From a virus (Duplodnaviria; Caudoviricetes), in IMG/VR virus record IMGVR_UViG_3300044709_000069, positions 1 to 44,262 of that record: a stretch of DNA of 44,262 nt, one strand, 5' to 3'. Below, in pieces: positions 35,449 through 44,170 of the stretch. The number at the start of each line of letters is the position of its first letter. The first letter of the stretch is position 1. Both the position numbers and the translations under genes were made by a program. Below the pieces are notes generated by a model. It was given only the letters and a program-made list of their open reading frames with translations, did not search any database and was not told the origin of the DNA.

Positions 35449-35544
35449 TCATCGGCCCTCACCCATCATGAGCACCGCACCCGACACAAAGCCCAGCACC
35501 GCGCCCACGATCAGCATGATTCCCATCCAGTGCCCGCAGGCCAT
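35449..35544 (-). CDS. Single-TM micropeptide (31 aa)
   Basis: MACGHWMGIMLIVGAVLGFVSGAVLMMGEGR. Confidence 0.45.
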   Translation of the reverse strand: MACGHWMGIMLIVGAVLGFVSGAVLMMGEGR

Positions 35545-35594
35545 TCACCGACCCTTCGCTAACTGCTGGTAGCGATTGCCTTCCGCCGATCCCT

Positions 35595-35849
35595 TTACTG
35601 GACTGATGTGCGCTCCACGGCGCATTTGACCGAGAGATCCATCGTCGCCTCCATCGTGACATCCCCATTCGGGGCATGGGTCCAGCGCACCTCGGTCAAT
35701 CCGTTCGCGTGCCGCACATACGTCAACAGCGCGTGATACTCCGTGTGGAGCCGCTTGAACCGTCGATGGACCCGATACACGGTAAGGATCGAAAGTACCA
35801 TCGCCCCGAGATTCGCACCCACCGCAAACCAGTACCAAAAACCCGGCAT
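35595..35849 (-). CDS. Membrane-anchored hypothetical protein (84 aa)
   Basis: N-terminal TM FWYWFAVGANLGAMVLSILTVY. Confidence 0.55.
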   Translation of the reverse strand: MPGFWYWFAVGANLGAMVLSILTVYRVHRRFKRLHTEYHALLTYVRHANGLTEVRWTHAPNGDVTMEATMDLSVKCAVERTSVQ

Positions 35850-35850
35850 C

Positions 35851-36018
35851 TCAGCGCCCTCTCGCCATTTTCGCGTACCGATTGCCGCCCCCGGTACGCC
35901 TGGCTTGACTCAACGCGATGGCCACGATTTGCGCGTTCGGGCGCTTCGTCGCGGAATGGTGCAGCTCCCGAATGTTCGCGGCAATCACGCGCTGGCTGCT
36001 CCCGCGTTTGAGGGGCAT
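35851..36018 (-). CDS. Small basic phage protein (55 aa)
   Basis: MPLKRGSSQRVIAANIREL...QIVAIALSQARR; TAATG coupling. Confidence 0.7.
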   Translation of the reverse strand: MPLKRGSSQRVIAANIRELHHSATKRPNAQIVAIALSQARRTGGGNRYAKMARGR

Positions 36019-36158
36019 TAGCGAATCACCGTCCCGATAAGTTCAGCTATACACAGCAAAAGTACTGCAATCCAGATCGGGCATTTGCCCGTGATGCCCG
36101 ATACGAGCGTGAGCGCAAATGCCAGCAAGACGAGCAGCGAGATCACGGTGATATGCAT
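36018..36158 (-). CDS. Two-TM micro-protein (46 aa), holin candidate
   Basis: MHITVISLLVLLAFALTLVSGITGKCPIWIAVLLLCIAELIGTVIR; coupled at both ends. Confidence 0.6.
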   Translation of the reverse strand: MHITVISLLVLLAFALTLVSGITGKCPIWIAVLLLCIAELIGTVIR

Positions 36159-36241
36159 CAGCCCTCCGGTGGCGGTTCGGGTGGCGGTTCGGTGGGCGGC
36201 GGCTCCGGATCCGGCGTCGGTGTCGGCGTTTCGGTCAGCAT
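36158..36241 (-). CDS. Proline-rich micropeptide (27 aa)
   Basis: MLTETPTPTPDPEPPPTEPPPEPPPEG; TGCTACACT upstream; TGATG coupling. Confidence 0.4.
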   Translation of the reverse strand: MLTETPTPTPDPEPPPTEPPPEPPPEG

Positions 36242-36277
36242 AATCCGGGCAGTGTAGCAGAACGGCCCGCTGAGCCT

Positions 36278-36490
36278 CTACGATGACTCAGGATCGGCGA
36301 TTGGCGGCTCGAGCACCTTCGGCACGCGATGGCGGACGAGCCGTTCTGTGCGTTTTGTAAGGCGAATCCAACGGTGACAAATTGGGCACGCGCCGCTGAA
36401 GCCATAGGTCGAATGGCTGACTGCGGTCGGGGTTTGCCCGCTACCGGGGCATGGCTCCCACGGCACCCGTAGCCGACTCGACAGGCTCAT
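36278..36490 (-). CDS. Small Zn-finger protein
   Basis: CPGSG...CPICH...H; TGATG coupling to terL. Confidence 0.6.
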   Translation of the reverse strand: MSLSSRLRVPWEPCPGSGQTPTAVSHSTYGFSGACPICHRWIRLTKRTERLVRHRVPKVLEPPIADPESS

Positions 36491-37965
36491 CAGGCCCACG
36501 GGCTGGCAGCTACCGCGCCCCATCTGGCCTGCCGTTTATTCGGCACCCGCACCGGCATCGCAAACGTCAACGCCAACGCATCCGCCCGATCCGGACTCGC
36601 CACGCCACGCCGCAACATCTCCGCCTTACTCTCAATCACCAACTTGTTCCGCTTGTTCAGATGAAAGCCTGGCCCCGCGAGCTCCATCGCCAGCCGATGG
36701 TCCTGGTGGTCAATCGCGCCCTTCGGCAGCCATTCCTTGACCGATTTCCACATTGCGGCCCGCGCGTTCTCGGCCAGCGCATCCGCGCTTGGCCCGCCAA
36801 AGTTCACTTCATGGACGTTATGGAACCCCATTTGCTTCAAGCGCACGGCGATCGGCGCCCCGAAGGCCACATCGATGAACATCGCCGTCACTGGATGTTC
36901 GTTCAGCGCATTCGCCAGCACATCGACCACGAGCTGCCGTTCATTCGCCACCGTCTGCTCGCCGGTCAACGTGATCGGGCGCAGACTGCGCGCATCAAAG
37001 CCTTTGCGGAACATGCAAACGGTCCACGCTGCGCCGCCGCCGCTGACGTCCACGCCCGCGATTAGCGGTTCATCAACGACGGCATACGGCATATTCGTTT
37101 GCGCTTGCGCAATCCGTGCGGCATCGACATACTGCAATTCATCGGCTGACGGCGGCAACCCGCGCACGCGCACTTTGAAGAAGTCCGACTCGAGCCCATA
37201 GTCCTCTTCCCACTGGGCGATGAGGGTTTTGTTACTGAACTTCGATGTGCGCGAATCAATCACCCGCACGATGTAGCGATCGCGCGCGCTCCCGAACGCC
37301 GCACGATAGAACGCGCCCGTATTCCGCGTGGGATTCGCCAGAAGGAATTGCATCGGCTCGCCGTCCGTCAACCCGCCCTCTTGCACTTCGTGAATCTTGT
37401 CGGGTACCGCCGAATCTTCGTCGTTGACGTAGAACGAGGTCGAGTTCTTCGCGTGTTGGCCGGCAAACGCTTCGCTGTTTTCTTCGGCGCACGATTGCGG
37501 CGCGCAGAACCACTCCGCGCGGTAGCCCTTGCGAAACATGATCGCGCTGTTGATGTCGAACCAATGGGCATTGATGAGACGAGCCGTCCACTCGCGAATC
37601 GCTGACCACGTTTTGAGCTGAATCTGGTCGTTCGTGTTCGCGGTAATCGTGCCTTTACAGAACGGCCGTGTGGACATGATCCAATCGACAATCCAGGCGA
37701 CGAGCGTCGAGCCGCCGACGCCGTGCCCTTTCGAGATGGCCATGCGCAGCGGCAACACCGGGTCGACGCCATTAAAGCGACGGGCAATGACCTGTCGTCT
37801 GATTTCTTCGAGGAGTTCACGTTGCCAGAGGTCGGGGCCTGGTTCGCCGTTGATCGGCCACGGATAAAACGCTTCGACAAACGCGAGCGGATTATTCAGG
37901 CACGCTGCCGCGAAGGTGTGCAGTTGCGCTTCGTCGTGGTCAGTGGTCTCGACGTTCGACAGCAT
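36490..37965 (-). CDS. terL: Terminase large subunit
   Basis: PDLWQ, GHGVG P-loop, TANT..Q, EAFAGQH, DE Walker B, NPTRNTG, IAGVDV, IDVAFG, SPDRADALALTFA. Confidence 0.95.
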   Translation of the reverse strand: MLSNVETTDHDEAQLHTFAAACLNNPLAFVEAFYPWPINGEPGPDLWQRELLEEIRRQVIARRFNGVDPVLPLRMAISKGHGVGGSTLVAWIVDWIMSTRPFCKGTITANTNDQIQLKTWSAIREWTARLINAHWFDINSAIMFRKGYRAEWFCAPQSCAEENSEAFAGQHAKNSTSFYVNDEDSAVPDKIHEVQEGGLTDGEPMQFLLANPTRNTGAFYRAAFGSARDRYIVRVIDSRTSKFSNKTLIAQWEEDYGLESDFFKVRVRGLPPSADELQYVDAARIAQAQTNMPYAVVDEPLIAGVDVSGGGAAWTVCMFRKGFDARSLRPITLTGEQTVANERQLVVDVLANALNEHPVTAMFIDVAFGAPIAVRLKQMGFHNVHEVNFGGPSADALAENARAAMWKSVKEWLPKGAIDHQDHRLAMELAGPGFHLNKRNKLVIESKAEMLRRGVASPDRADALALTFAMPVRVPNKRQARWGAVAASPWA

Positions 37966-38458
37966 CGACGGTGTTCAAGGCGGTCGGTTCATGTTGGTTG
38001 ATGATGGCCCGCGCCGCTTGCAAGCGATCCACATAGACCTGCACGTTCGTCGTCTGCTCTTTGTCGCTGATGATCTTGAAGTGGCGCGCCAGCATCTGCA
38101 CGTAGGGCGCTTTATCGAACCAGCGAATCTTGACGACCGTTTCCTGTTTGCCGTCGCCACCTTCGAGATTCTGTGTGACGACATCGTAGCCGGCGATCGC
38201 GTGTTGCACTTCGGTGGGCAAGTTCCGAATCTCTTCGAGCGTGAAGGTTGCGCGCTCGCCCATCTGCACACGCGCTAAGAGGTCGCCCGGCTTGAAAAAG
38301 GCGATGTCGCGAATGAGGCCTTCGACGTCGGCCTTCGTGACGAGATTGCGTGAACCTTTGCGCCGGCCGCCGCGGTTATAAGCGCCGCGCTCACCAGGCT
38401 TTGCCGCCACTAAATGTCGAGCGGCTTTGGGATTGCCGCCTCCTCGTTCTCGTCCCAT
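37940..38458 (-). CDS. terS: Terminase small subunit
   Basis: Directly upstream of terL; GGRRKGSRN, IRDIAF, KIRWFDK...MLARH. Confidence 0.8.
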   Translation of the reverse strand: MGRERGGGNPKAARHLVAAKPGERGAYNRGGRRKGSRNLVTKADVEGLIRDIAFFKPGDLLARVQMGERATFTLEEIRNLPTEVQHAIAGYDVVTQNLEGGDGKQETVVKIRWFDKAPYVQMLARHFKIISDKEQTTNVQVYVDRLQAARAIINQHEPTALNTVDAVERRDH

Positions 38459-38570
38459 CTTGCGGTTAAGTATGCACCTATGCGGTTACCTACGGCGCAT
38501 GAAGGGTCTCGCGGACGGCGATGCCGAGGACGGAGAAGGCGTCCTCGAGGCTTCCGTTAACGGCTGAGCT

Positions 38571-38750
38571 GCCACACCTGGCCACACTGAAATCGATGGT
38601 CTCTGCTTACGATCTAAATTCATGAATCCTATGCTCAATAAGTACATATAGGTGTGTCCAGTGTGTCCGGTATGGCAACCATTAGAGCGGCAATGACTTA
38701 CAGCGGCCACACCTGCGGCCACACCCAGCCCAGCATTGCGAGGTGTGTCC
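38571..38750. other. Putative replication origin (iterons around an AT-rich core)
   Basis: GCCACAC at 38571, 38581, 38706, 38718; opposed GTGTGTCC at 38652, 38661, 38743; AT-rich 38605-38650; directly downstream of VapE. Confidence 0.65.
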
Positions 38751-38751
38751 A

Positions 38752-39975
38752 TTATTCCCCGCTCGGCAACCAAAACACCGCACGGTCGGTAAAATTGCGT
38801 ATTCGTTGCTTTTCCCAGCCTAAGAGCCGCAGGATTTTCGCGACGCGCACCTCGGCCGCTTTGTCAATTTTGTCAGGCGAAAGTCGCAATGGTCCTGTTA
38901 GGATTTCCGAGAGTTTTAAGCCATCGCCAAAGCCAACGACCACGGACTTTCGCCTCCATTCCTCCAGCCACGGCACAATGAGGTCTGTCCACGGGTCCGA
39001 ATCCTGGCGTTGAGCTTGGACGGTCGCCGTGCAGTCTGGGACTTCCCACCACGGCTCGCCGGCGGCATAGCGGTGTACGGCTTCGGCGAATAATTGCTCA
39101 CGGCTCGCCGCGAGCGCGACCCGTTCCACGGGGCCGCAGCGAATCGGCCAGAACCGCCGCAAGCCGGTCTCGTCATGGCCCCAATCGTCTCGATTCGTCG
39201 TCCCGCAAAACACGCACTGGCGCGGATGGTCAGAGGATCGATGGTCATAGCTGCCGCGGAAATAATCGGTTGGCGTCGAAATGACGTGCTTGATGCGCTC
39301 GACCTGCGCGTGTGAGAACGCTGAGAGCTCTGAGATTTCAATAATCCATTTACCCTGCAAATCTTGAAAGAAATCCTTGCTCGTCACTTTTTCATGAGTG
39401 GCCGCGTACCACGGCCCGCCCAGAATCCGCAGTGCGGATGTTTTGAATGAGCCTTGCGCCGACTCAAACACGACCATTTCATCGAGCTGACAACCGGGCT
39501 TCATCACGCGCGCAATGAGCCCAATGAAGAAATTCCGACTCACCGCTTGAAGATATTCACGAGGTTGGTCTTGCGTCGGTTGAGCATCCCAATGGTCGAT
39601 AAAAGCATCGGCGATTCGCGCTTCCCCGTCCCATGTCAACGTTGAGAGCCAATCCCGCACGCAATGCTTCGGATGCTGCCGGCCGCAATAATTGACGACC
39701 TCTCGGATTTGCCGTGAGCCAATCCCATTGAATCCATGACGGCGTTGCAGATACGCGGCGATCCGCGTGTCGTCGTCATCGAGCCACGTTCGCGCTGGCG
39801 TAGCGGTTTGAAGCCGGTCGAGAAATTCGTCATACCAGACGGTATCTTTCAATTCAGGATCGTGCTCAAAAGCAATGACCACGTTCGCCACATGGCTGTA
39901 AGGCACCTGCTTCATATTGCGCAGGAACGGAATCACCTTGACTGGCTTGGGCGTCATCGTGATCGGTGGCTTCAT
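38752..39975 (-). CDS. VapE-family P-loop ATPase (replicative helicase-like)
   Basis: WDGEARI, KPGCQLD.MVVFES.QG.FKTS, WIIEISEL, FRGSYD, RQCVFCGTTN...DETGLRRFWPI. Confidence 0.92.
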   Translation of the reverse strand: MKPPITMTPKPVKVIPFLRNMKQVPYSHVANVVIAFEHDPELKDTVWYDEFLDRLQTATPARTWLDDDDTRIAAYLQRRHGFNGIGSRQIREVVNYCGRQHPKHCVRDWLSTLTWDGEARIADAFIDHWDAQPTQDQPREYLQAVSRNFFIGLIARVMKPGCQLDEMVVFESAQGSFKTSALRILGGPWYAATHEKVTSKDFFQDLQGKWIIEISELSAFSHAQVERIKHVISTPTDYFRGSYDHRSSDHPRQCVFCGTTNRDDWGHDETGLRRFWPIRCGPVERVALAASREQLFAEAVHRYAAGEPWWEVPDCTATVQAQRQDSDPWTDLIVPWLEEWRRKSVVVGFGDGLKLSEILTGPLRLSPDKIDKAAEVRVAKILRLLGWEKQRIRNFTDRAVFWLPSGE

Positions 39976-40331
39976 ACACGCTCCTTCAGCACCATCTCGA
40001 GGTCCGTCACCGACCGGGCGACGCACGCGATCGCACCGTGCTGACGCACGACGTTGAGAAATTGTTGTTGTTCAGGTGAGACTCGCCCAGTCGGTGTTTT
40101 GACTTCCACAGCAACGAATACAGCCACAGTCTGTCCGACCATCGCCGGCGTAATCGTTAACGGGAGGTATCCAATCAAGTCAGAACTGCCGCGACAGAGA
40201 CCACTCGCGACCATTCGTCCGTCGGGCAATGGATATTTGCCGACTTGATTGCGAAAGAGTCGCGCGCCGAGTTCTGACGCTCGAATCAAAAGCCGCCGAA
40301 GGAGCGCTGTTTCCGTTTCTTGAGTTGCCAT
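39972..40331 (-). CDS. VRR-NUC domain nuclease
   Basis: LFRNQVG, GLCRGSSDLIG, AVEVKTPTGRVSPEQQQF. Confidence 0.9.
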   Translation of the reverse strand: MATQETETALLRRLLIRASELGARLFRNQVGKYPLPDGRMVASGLCRGSSDLIGYLPLTITPAMVGQTVAVFVAVEVKTPTGRVSPEQQQFLNVVRQHGAIACVARSVTDLEMVLKERV

Positions 40332-41689
40332 TGATATTGATGCCACGCCCAACCTTTTTTGTATTGAAGCTGTTGCGCGAGGGCTTGCCAGTCAGTGAGC
40401 GAATGGCACGATCGCCCAAGTTGCGGCCATGATTTGCGCAATGCGCGTAGTGTGTCGAGGTCCGTTTCCGCAAGGCTGCCATTGAGTTGATCGATTTCAC
40501 GTGGACGCTTCTGCAGCGCAGCACCGCATACACTGCACGTCGAGCGGCCCGCTCGATTCACCGCGAGACACTGTGTGCAGAGCTTGACGGCTGGCACGCT
40601 TTCTGTCGCTGCACGCTCACGACCGCTGAGTGTCCATGTGCGGGCGTCATCGGGCAGCCCGTGACGTTGCCAATTCGCCGCATGGTCGAAAATCGATACG
40701 TGCGTTTTGCCAGGTGCTGGTCGTAAGCCGCGGCCAATCTGTTGAAGATAAATGCCGAGCGAACGTGTTGGACGGAGTAGAAAAATCGCATCGACGGCCG
40801 GCACGTCGAGTCCTTCACCGAATAAATCTACGTTGCAGATGACGCGTACCTCACCAGTGCGAAATGCCTCCATAACGCTGTCGCGTTCGCCTTTCGCTGA
40901 TTCGCCGTCGAGATGTCGAGCGCTGATGCCTGCTACTTGAAAGCGTTTAGCGAGACGTTCGGATGCGTCGATCGACCAAAGGAAAATGAGCGCTCGAGCC
41001 GTTGGGCAGTGCTGTTGATAGTGGTCGAGTGCGTCACCGATGACGGTGGACATATCCATCGCGGCGGCGAGTTGATGCTTGTTGTAGTCTCCAGCCGTTT
41101 TTTGCACATCATCGAGGTCAACACCCCGACCAGGCGCAAACAGGCGATACGGTGAGAGCCAACGCTGCTCGATCAGGTCAGCGACCGATGGCCCACAGAT
41201 CAATTCATCGAAGAAGGGCCACAAGCCGCGGCCGTCGAGCCGTTGCGGTGTGGCGGTCAGACCGATTTGCGTTGCGTCTGGATACGTTTGCGCGATCCGG
41301 GTCCATGACGCTGAGGGCACATGGTGACACTCGTCCCAGACGAGTAAATCAGGCGGTTGAAGCTGCGTGAGTCGTTTCGCCAGCGTCGGAACCGAACACA
41401 CCTGCACCGGAGCGGTCGGATTGCTCGGATAGCCGGCTGCGATGATGCCGGTATGGATGTCAGCCGCTTCGACGAAGGTTTGAACCGATTGGTCGACCAA
41501 CTCACGACGATGGACGCAGAAGAATGCTCGCTTCCCTTTCGCGGCCGTGACCTTGAGCATGTGCGCAATGAGCACGGTTTTGCCGCTGCCCGTAGCCGAT
41601 TGCAGACATAGGCGGCGCACACCATGCGCTCGTCGAGCGCGAGCCTGTTCGACTAGGGTCTGCTGGTACGGACGAAGTTCAAGACTCAC
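40286..41689 (-). CDS. SF2 DEAD/DEAH-type helicase with C-terminal Zn finger
   Basis: LRPYQ, ATGSGKT, DECHH, GLTATP.RLDG, EGLDVP, QQIGRGLR. Confidence 0.94.
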   Translation of the reverse strand: MSLELRPYQQTLVEQARARRAHGVRRLCLQSATGSGKTVLIAHMLKVTAAKGKRAFFCVHRRELVDQSVQTFVEAADIHTGIIAAGYPSNPTAPVQVCSVPTLAKRLTQLQPPDLLVWDECHHVPSASWTRIAQTYPDATQIGLTATPQRLDGRGLWPFFDELICGPSVADLIEQRWLSPYRLFAPGRGVDLDDVQKTAGDYNKHQLAAAMDMSTVIGDALDHYQQHCPTARALIFLWSIDASERLAKRFQVAGISARHLDGESAKGERDSVMEAFRTGEVRVICNVDLFGEGLDVPAVDAIFLLRPTRSLGIYLQQIGRGLRPAPGKTHVSIFDHAANWQRHGLPDDARTWTLSGRERAATESVPAVKLCTQCLAVNRAGRSTCSVCGAALQKRPREIDQLNGSLAETDLDTLRALRKSWPQLGRSCHSLTDWQALAQQLQYKKGWAWHQYQWQLKKRKQRSFGGF

Positions 41690-41951
41690 AAGCGGACCTC
41701 GTATAGCGGCGGATTTCTTCGCGGAGTTGTTGAGTGGAGACTCGAGCGCGGTCGCGTTCACGCGTTAACGTCGCAACGGCGGCCACGGCCGCAAGTGCGA
41801 GTTCGCGGTACCGAGCGGTTTCTTCGCGCCAAAATGCGGCATCGTCGGCGAGCGCTTGAATCGTGAGGAATTCGGTTGAACGGAGTTGTGCTGTTGTGCT
41901 AGCTTTTTTCACACGCAGTGCGCCTAGCCTCAGCATCCGGTTGACGTTCAC
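41679..41951 (-). CDS. Coiled-coil hypothetical protein
   Basis: Overlaps the helicase start; downstream of a putative promoter. Confidence 0.5.
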   Translation of the reverse strand: MNVNRMLRLGALRVKKASTTAQLRSTEFLTIQALADDAAFWREETARYRELALAAVAAVATLTRERDRARVSTQQLREEIRRYTRSACES

Positions 41952-41988
41952 TCCGTCAGCCGGATTTCTTCAACCAGGCGAACGGCGC

Positions 41989-42017
41989 ATCTTGCCACCG
42001 TTACCCAGTCGTTTCAA
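41989..42017 (-). promoter_or_regulatory. Putative promoter of the replication operon
   Basis: TTGAAA-17 bp-CAAGAT with extended TG. Confidence 0.45.
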
Positions 42018-42042
42018 CGGATTTATTCAGGAAAATCGCGAA

Positions 42043-42067
42043 GAATGGTGAAGGCCGACCACCATTC
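42043..42067 (-). terminator. Hairpin, possible terminator
   Basis: GAATGGTG-9 nt-CACCATTC; weak T-tract on the minus strand. Confidence 0.4.
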
Positions 42068-42117
42068 CTTGTGACGCTATCCGCGAACAGCGTATACCGC
42101 TGAGAAGATTGCTTGCC

Positions 42118-42258
42118 CTAAAACTCGGTGCCCGGTGACACGCCCTGACACGTCCAACACCGGAGCGCGTAGCGATCGCCGACACGCACCCACCGCACCA
42201 ACTGATGCCGACACGTCATCCGTCGCCACAGATCCCACAACTTCTCAAGACGACTCAT
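42118..42258 (-). CDS. Small Cys/His protein (46 aa)
   Basis: GAGG RBS; MSRLEKLWDLWRRMTCRH...LRCWTCQGVSPG. Confidence 0.55.
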   Translation of the reverse strand: MSRLEKLWDLWRRMTCRHQLVRWVRVGDRYALRCWTCQGVSPGTEF

Positions 42259-42403
42259 CGGAGCCTCGGACGTTCGACGCCATACAACTGAAACCACGCC
42301 GCGGAAAACATAGACCGTTCCATGCCGATTCCTTTATCGGCCGAGCTGATGAAACGGTATAGGCTGAACTGTGCACGACGCTGAGCCAATCTGGAGGACG
42401 GTT

Positions 42404-42565
42404 GTGAAACAATCCGGCTTCGCGCTCGGGGCGCTCATCCTCGGCGCGATCTGCCGCCGCGCGCACACGAGAGGCTGGGACGGCCGCGAGCGGCGCAAAT
42501 CGACACGTCGCCGCACGGATCAACCCGACCTGCACGAGCCGCCGCACCCCGACGATGTGCCATGA
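42404..42565 (+). CDS. Small membrane-anchored protein
   Basis: GGAGG before GTG; hydrophobic stretch, then WDGRERRK. Confidence 0.5.
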   Translation: MKQSGFALGALILGAICRRAHTRGWDGRERRKSTRRRTDQPDLHEPPHPDDVP

Positions 42566-42822
42566 ATGGGCATAGCAACAGCGATCTGTGGCTGGCGGTT
42601 TCACTTCTGGAGCACTGTCAGTCCGACGTGCGCACCCTGCTGGCGCATCCCGAAGAGTACGACGCACCGATCGAGCGCATGGCGCCGATCATGGCGCTGA
42701 TCACGGCACTGCGTGGACGGTTGTCACGCTGGATCGCCCCCACCGAAGACGAGCGCAGGCGGCATGAACGACGACAAAACGAGCGGCGCTCGCATCACCG
42801 CCGCTGGGAATGGGGCACCTGA
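42562..42822 (+). CDS. Hypothetical protein with ERR repeats
   Basis: ATGA coupling. Confidence 0.6.
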   Translation: MNGHSNSDLWLAVSLLEHCQSDVRTLLAHPEEYDAPIERMAPIMALITALRGRLSRWIAPTEDERRRHERRQNERRSHHRRWEWGT

Positions 42823-43449
42823 ATGAACGCACCTGACCGATCCGCCGAAGTCCGCGCACTCTGCTCGGCGCATCCTGAAGCCTTCGGCGATCCGCCCGAG
42901 ACGAACGACGCTCGACGCCTCGCGCTGTTACGCACGTGGATCATCCCTGCGCTGAATCGACTGGACGACGGCCAATGGGGTTTACTGCTGAAACCCGAGC
43001 AGAACAATCGCCTGATCTGTGATTGCATCGTCTGGCGCGACACGCGCGAGCATTTCGATGTGCTCACCGGCACAGGCGCGACGTGGATTCCCCACGGGCT
43101 GATGCATCCCGCATGGGTCTGGACGGCCGTGATTCCGCCCTTAGCCGCGCCCGCAGAGCCGCAAGCGCCCGCGATAGGGTCTGTCCCCTTGCCGGTGCCC
43201 GAAGTCGTCCCTACGGCCGTCCCAGCGCCTCAGACGGCCATCGTCGTGCCCGAGCCGCCTGTGCCGCCCGTCGTCCCCACCGGACTCGCTGGCATCGCCA
43301 GCGCCATCGGCGCCTGGCTGGGCACGCAAGCGATCGCCCTGCTGATGTCGTGGTGGTCGAAGCGGCAAGCGGCCCCGAAGCCAAGCAACCCGATCAGCGG
43401 TGCGATCCCCCGGCCGCCAGCCCCGACGCGCTCGAACCTGCCGAAGTGA
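42823..43449 (+). CDS. Hypothetical protein: globular domain, Pro linker, C-terminal TM
   Basis: WGLLLK...CDCIVW...FDVL; TM GLAGIASAIGAWLGTQAIALLM. Confidence 0.7.
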   Translation: MNAPDRSAEVRALCSAHPEAFGDPPETNDARRLALLRTWIIPALNRLDDGQWGLLLKPEQNNRLICDCIVWRDTREHFDVLTGTGATWIPHGLMHPAWVWTAVIPPLAAPAEPQAPAIGSVPLPVPEVVPTAVPAPQTAIVVPEPPVPPVVPTGLAGIASAIGAWLGTQAIALLMSWWSKRQAAPKPSNPISGAIPRPPAPTRSNLPK

Positions 43450-43544
43450 GTTTCTTCACCGAGCACGTCGCGACGGCGGGTTTCGTGCTCTTCGTCGTCC
43501 TGCTGTTCGCCATCGCGTGGATCATCGCGAAGTTGACTGAATAG
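43446..43544 (+). CDS. Single-TM micropeptide (32 aa)
   Basis: GTGA coupling; AGFVLFVVLLFAIAWIIA. Confidence 0.5.
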   Translation: MSFFTEHVATAGFVLFVVLLFAIAWIIAKLTE

Positions 43545-43545
43545 A

Positions 43546-44170
43546 TCACCACCGCAACCCGCGCTGCGCCGTGCGTTCCTTCGCTAAGTCGTGATACACC
43601 AAGTCGCAACCCACCCAACGGCGACCGAGCCGTTCCGCCACCGCGCCCACCGTACCGCTGCCGAGGAATGGATCGAGCACCAAGCCGCCGACCGGACAGC
43701 CAGCAAGGATGCACGGCTCAATCAAGGCTTCTGGCATCGTCGCGAAGTGGGCGCCTTCGTACGGCTCCGTCGCAATCGTCCAGACCGTTCGCTTGTTCCG
43801 CCCTACCGTAGTTTTCTCGCCGTTCTGCCAAGGCGCGCCCGAATCCAGTCGCGCGCTGATGTTCATGTCACCGAAATCGAGCCGTCCCGCGCCAACTTCC
43901 ATGATCGCCGCCGCGTCGTAGTAGTACCGCTCCTGCTTCGCCAGCAGAAACACATACTCATGGCTTTTCGTCGGGCGATCCGTGACACTCTCCGGCATCG
44001 GATTCGGTTTGTGCCAGATGATGTCGCTGCGCAGATACCAACCATCGGCTTGCAGCGCGAAGGCGACACGCCACGGAATGCCGAGCAAGTCTTTTTGCTT
44101 GTATCCATCCGTTAACGGTCGATACGCCGTCTCAAACATGCGGGCCACTCGAGCCGCACCGCCATCTTTG
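43546..44170 (-). pseudogene. N4C/N6A DNA methyltransferase, 3' part, interrupted by the IS
   Basis: KDLLGIPWRVAFALQADGWYLRSDIIWHKPNPMPES, HFATMP, VLDPFLGSGT; joins the 5' part in frame (GTNGKD-GGAAR) to give 295 aa. Confidence 0.93.

Larger units (their letters stand above)
476..44170. mobile_element. Near-complete circular P22-like tailed phage genome (43,695 bp including the IS)
   Basis: Full packaging, head, tail and ejection module; 44171-44262 is identical to 476-567; the two halves of one methyltransferase gene join in frame across this junction. Confidence 0.93.

Noticed and set aside
41950-42400. tRNA or other structured RNA in the intergenic region
   Set aside because: No cloverleaf or T-loop recognised; explained by a promoter, one hairpin and a 46-aa ORF.
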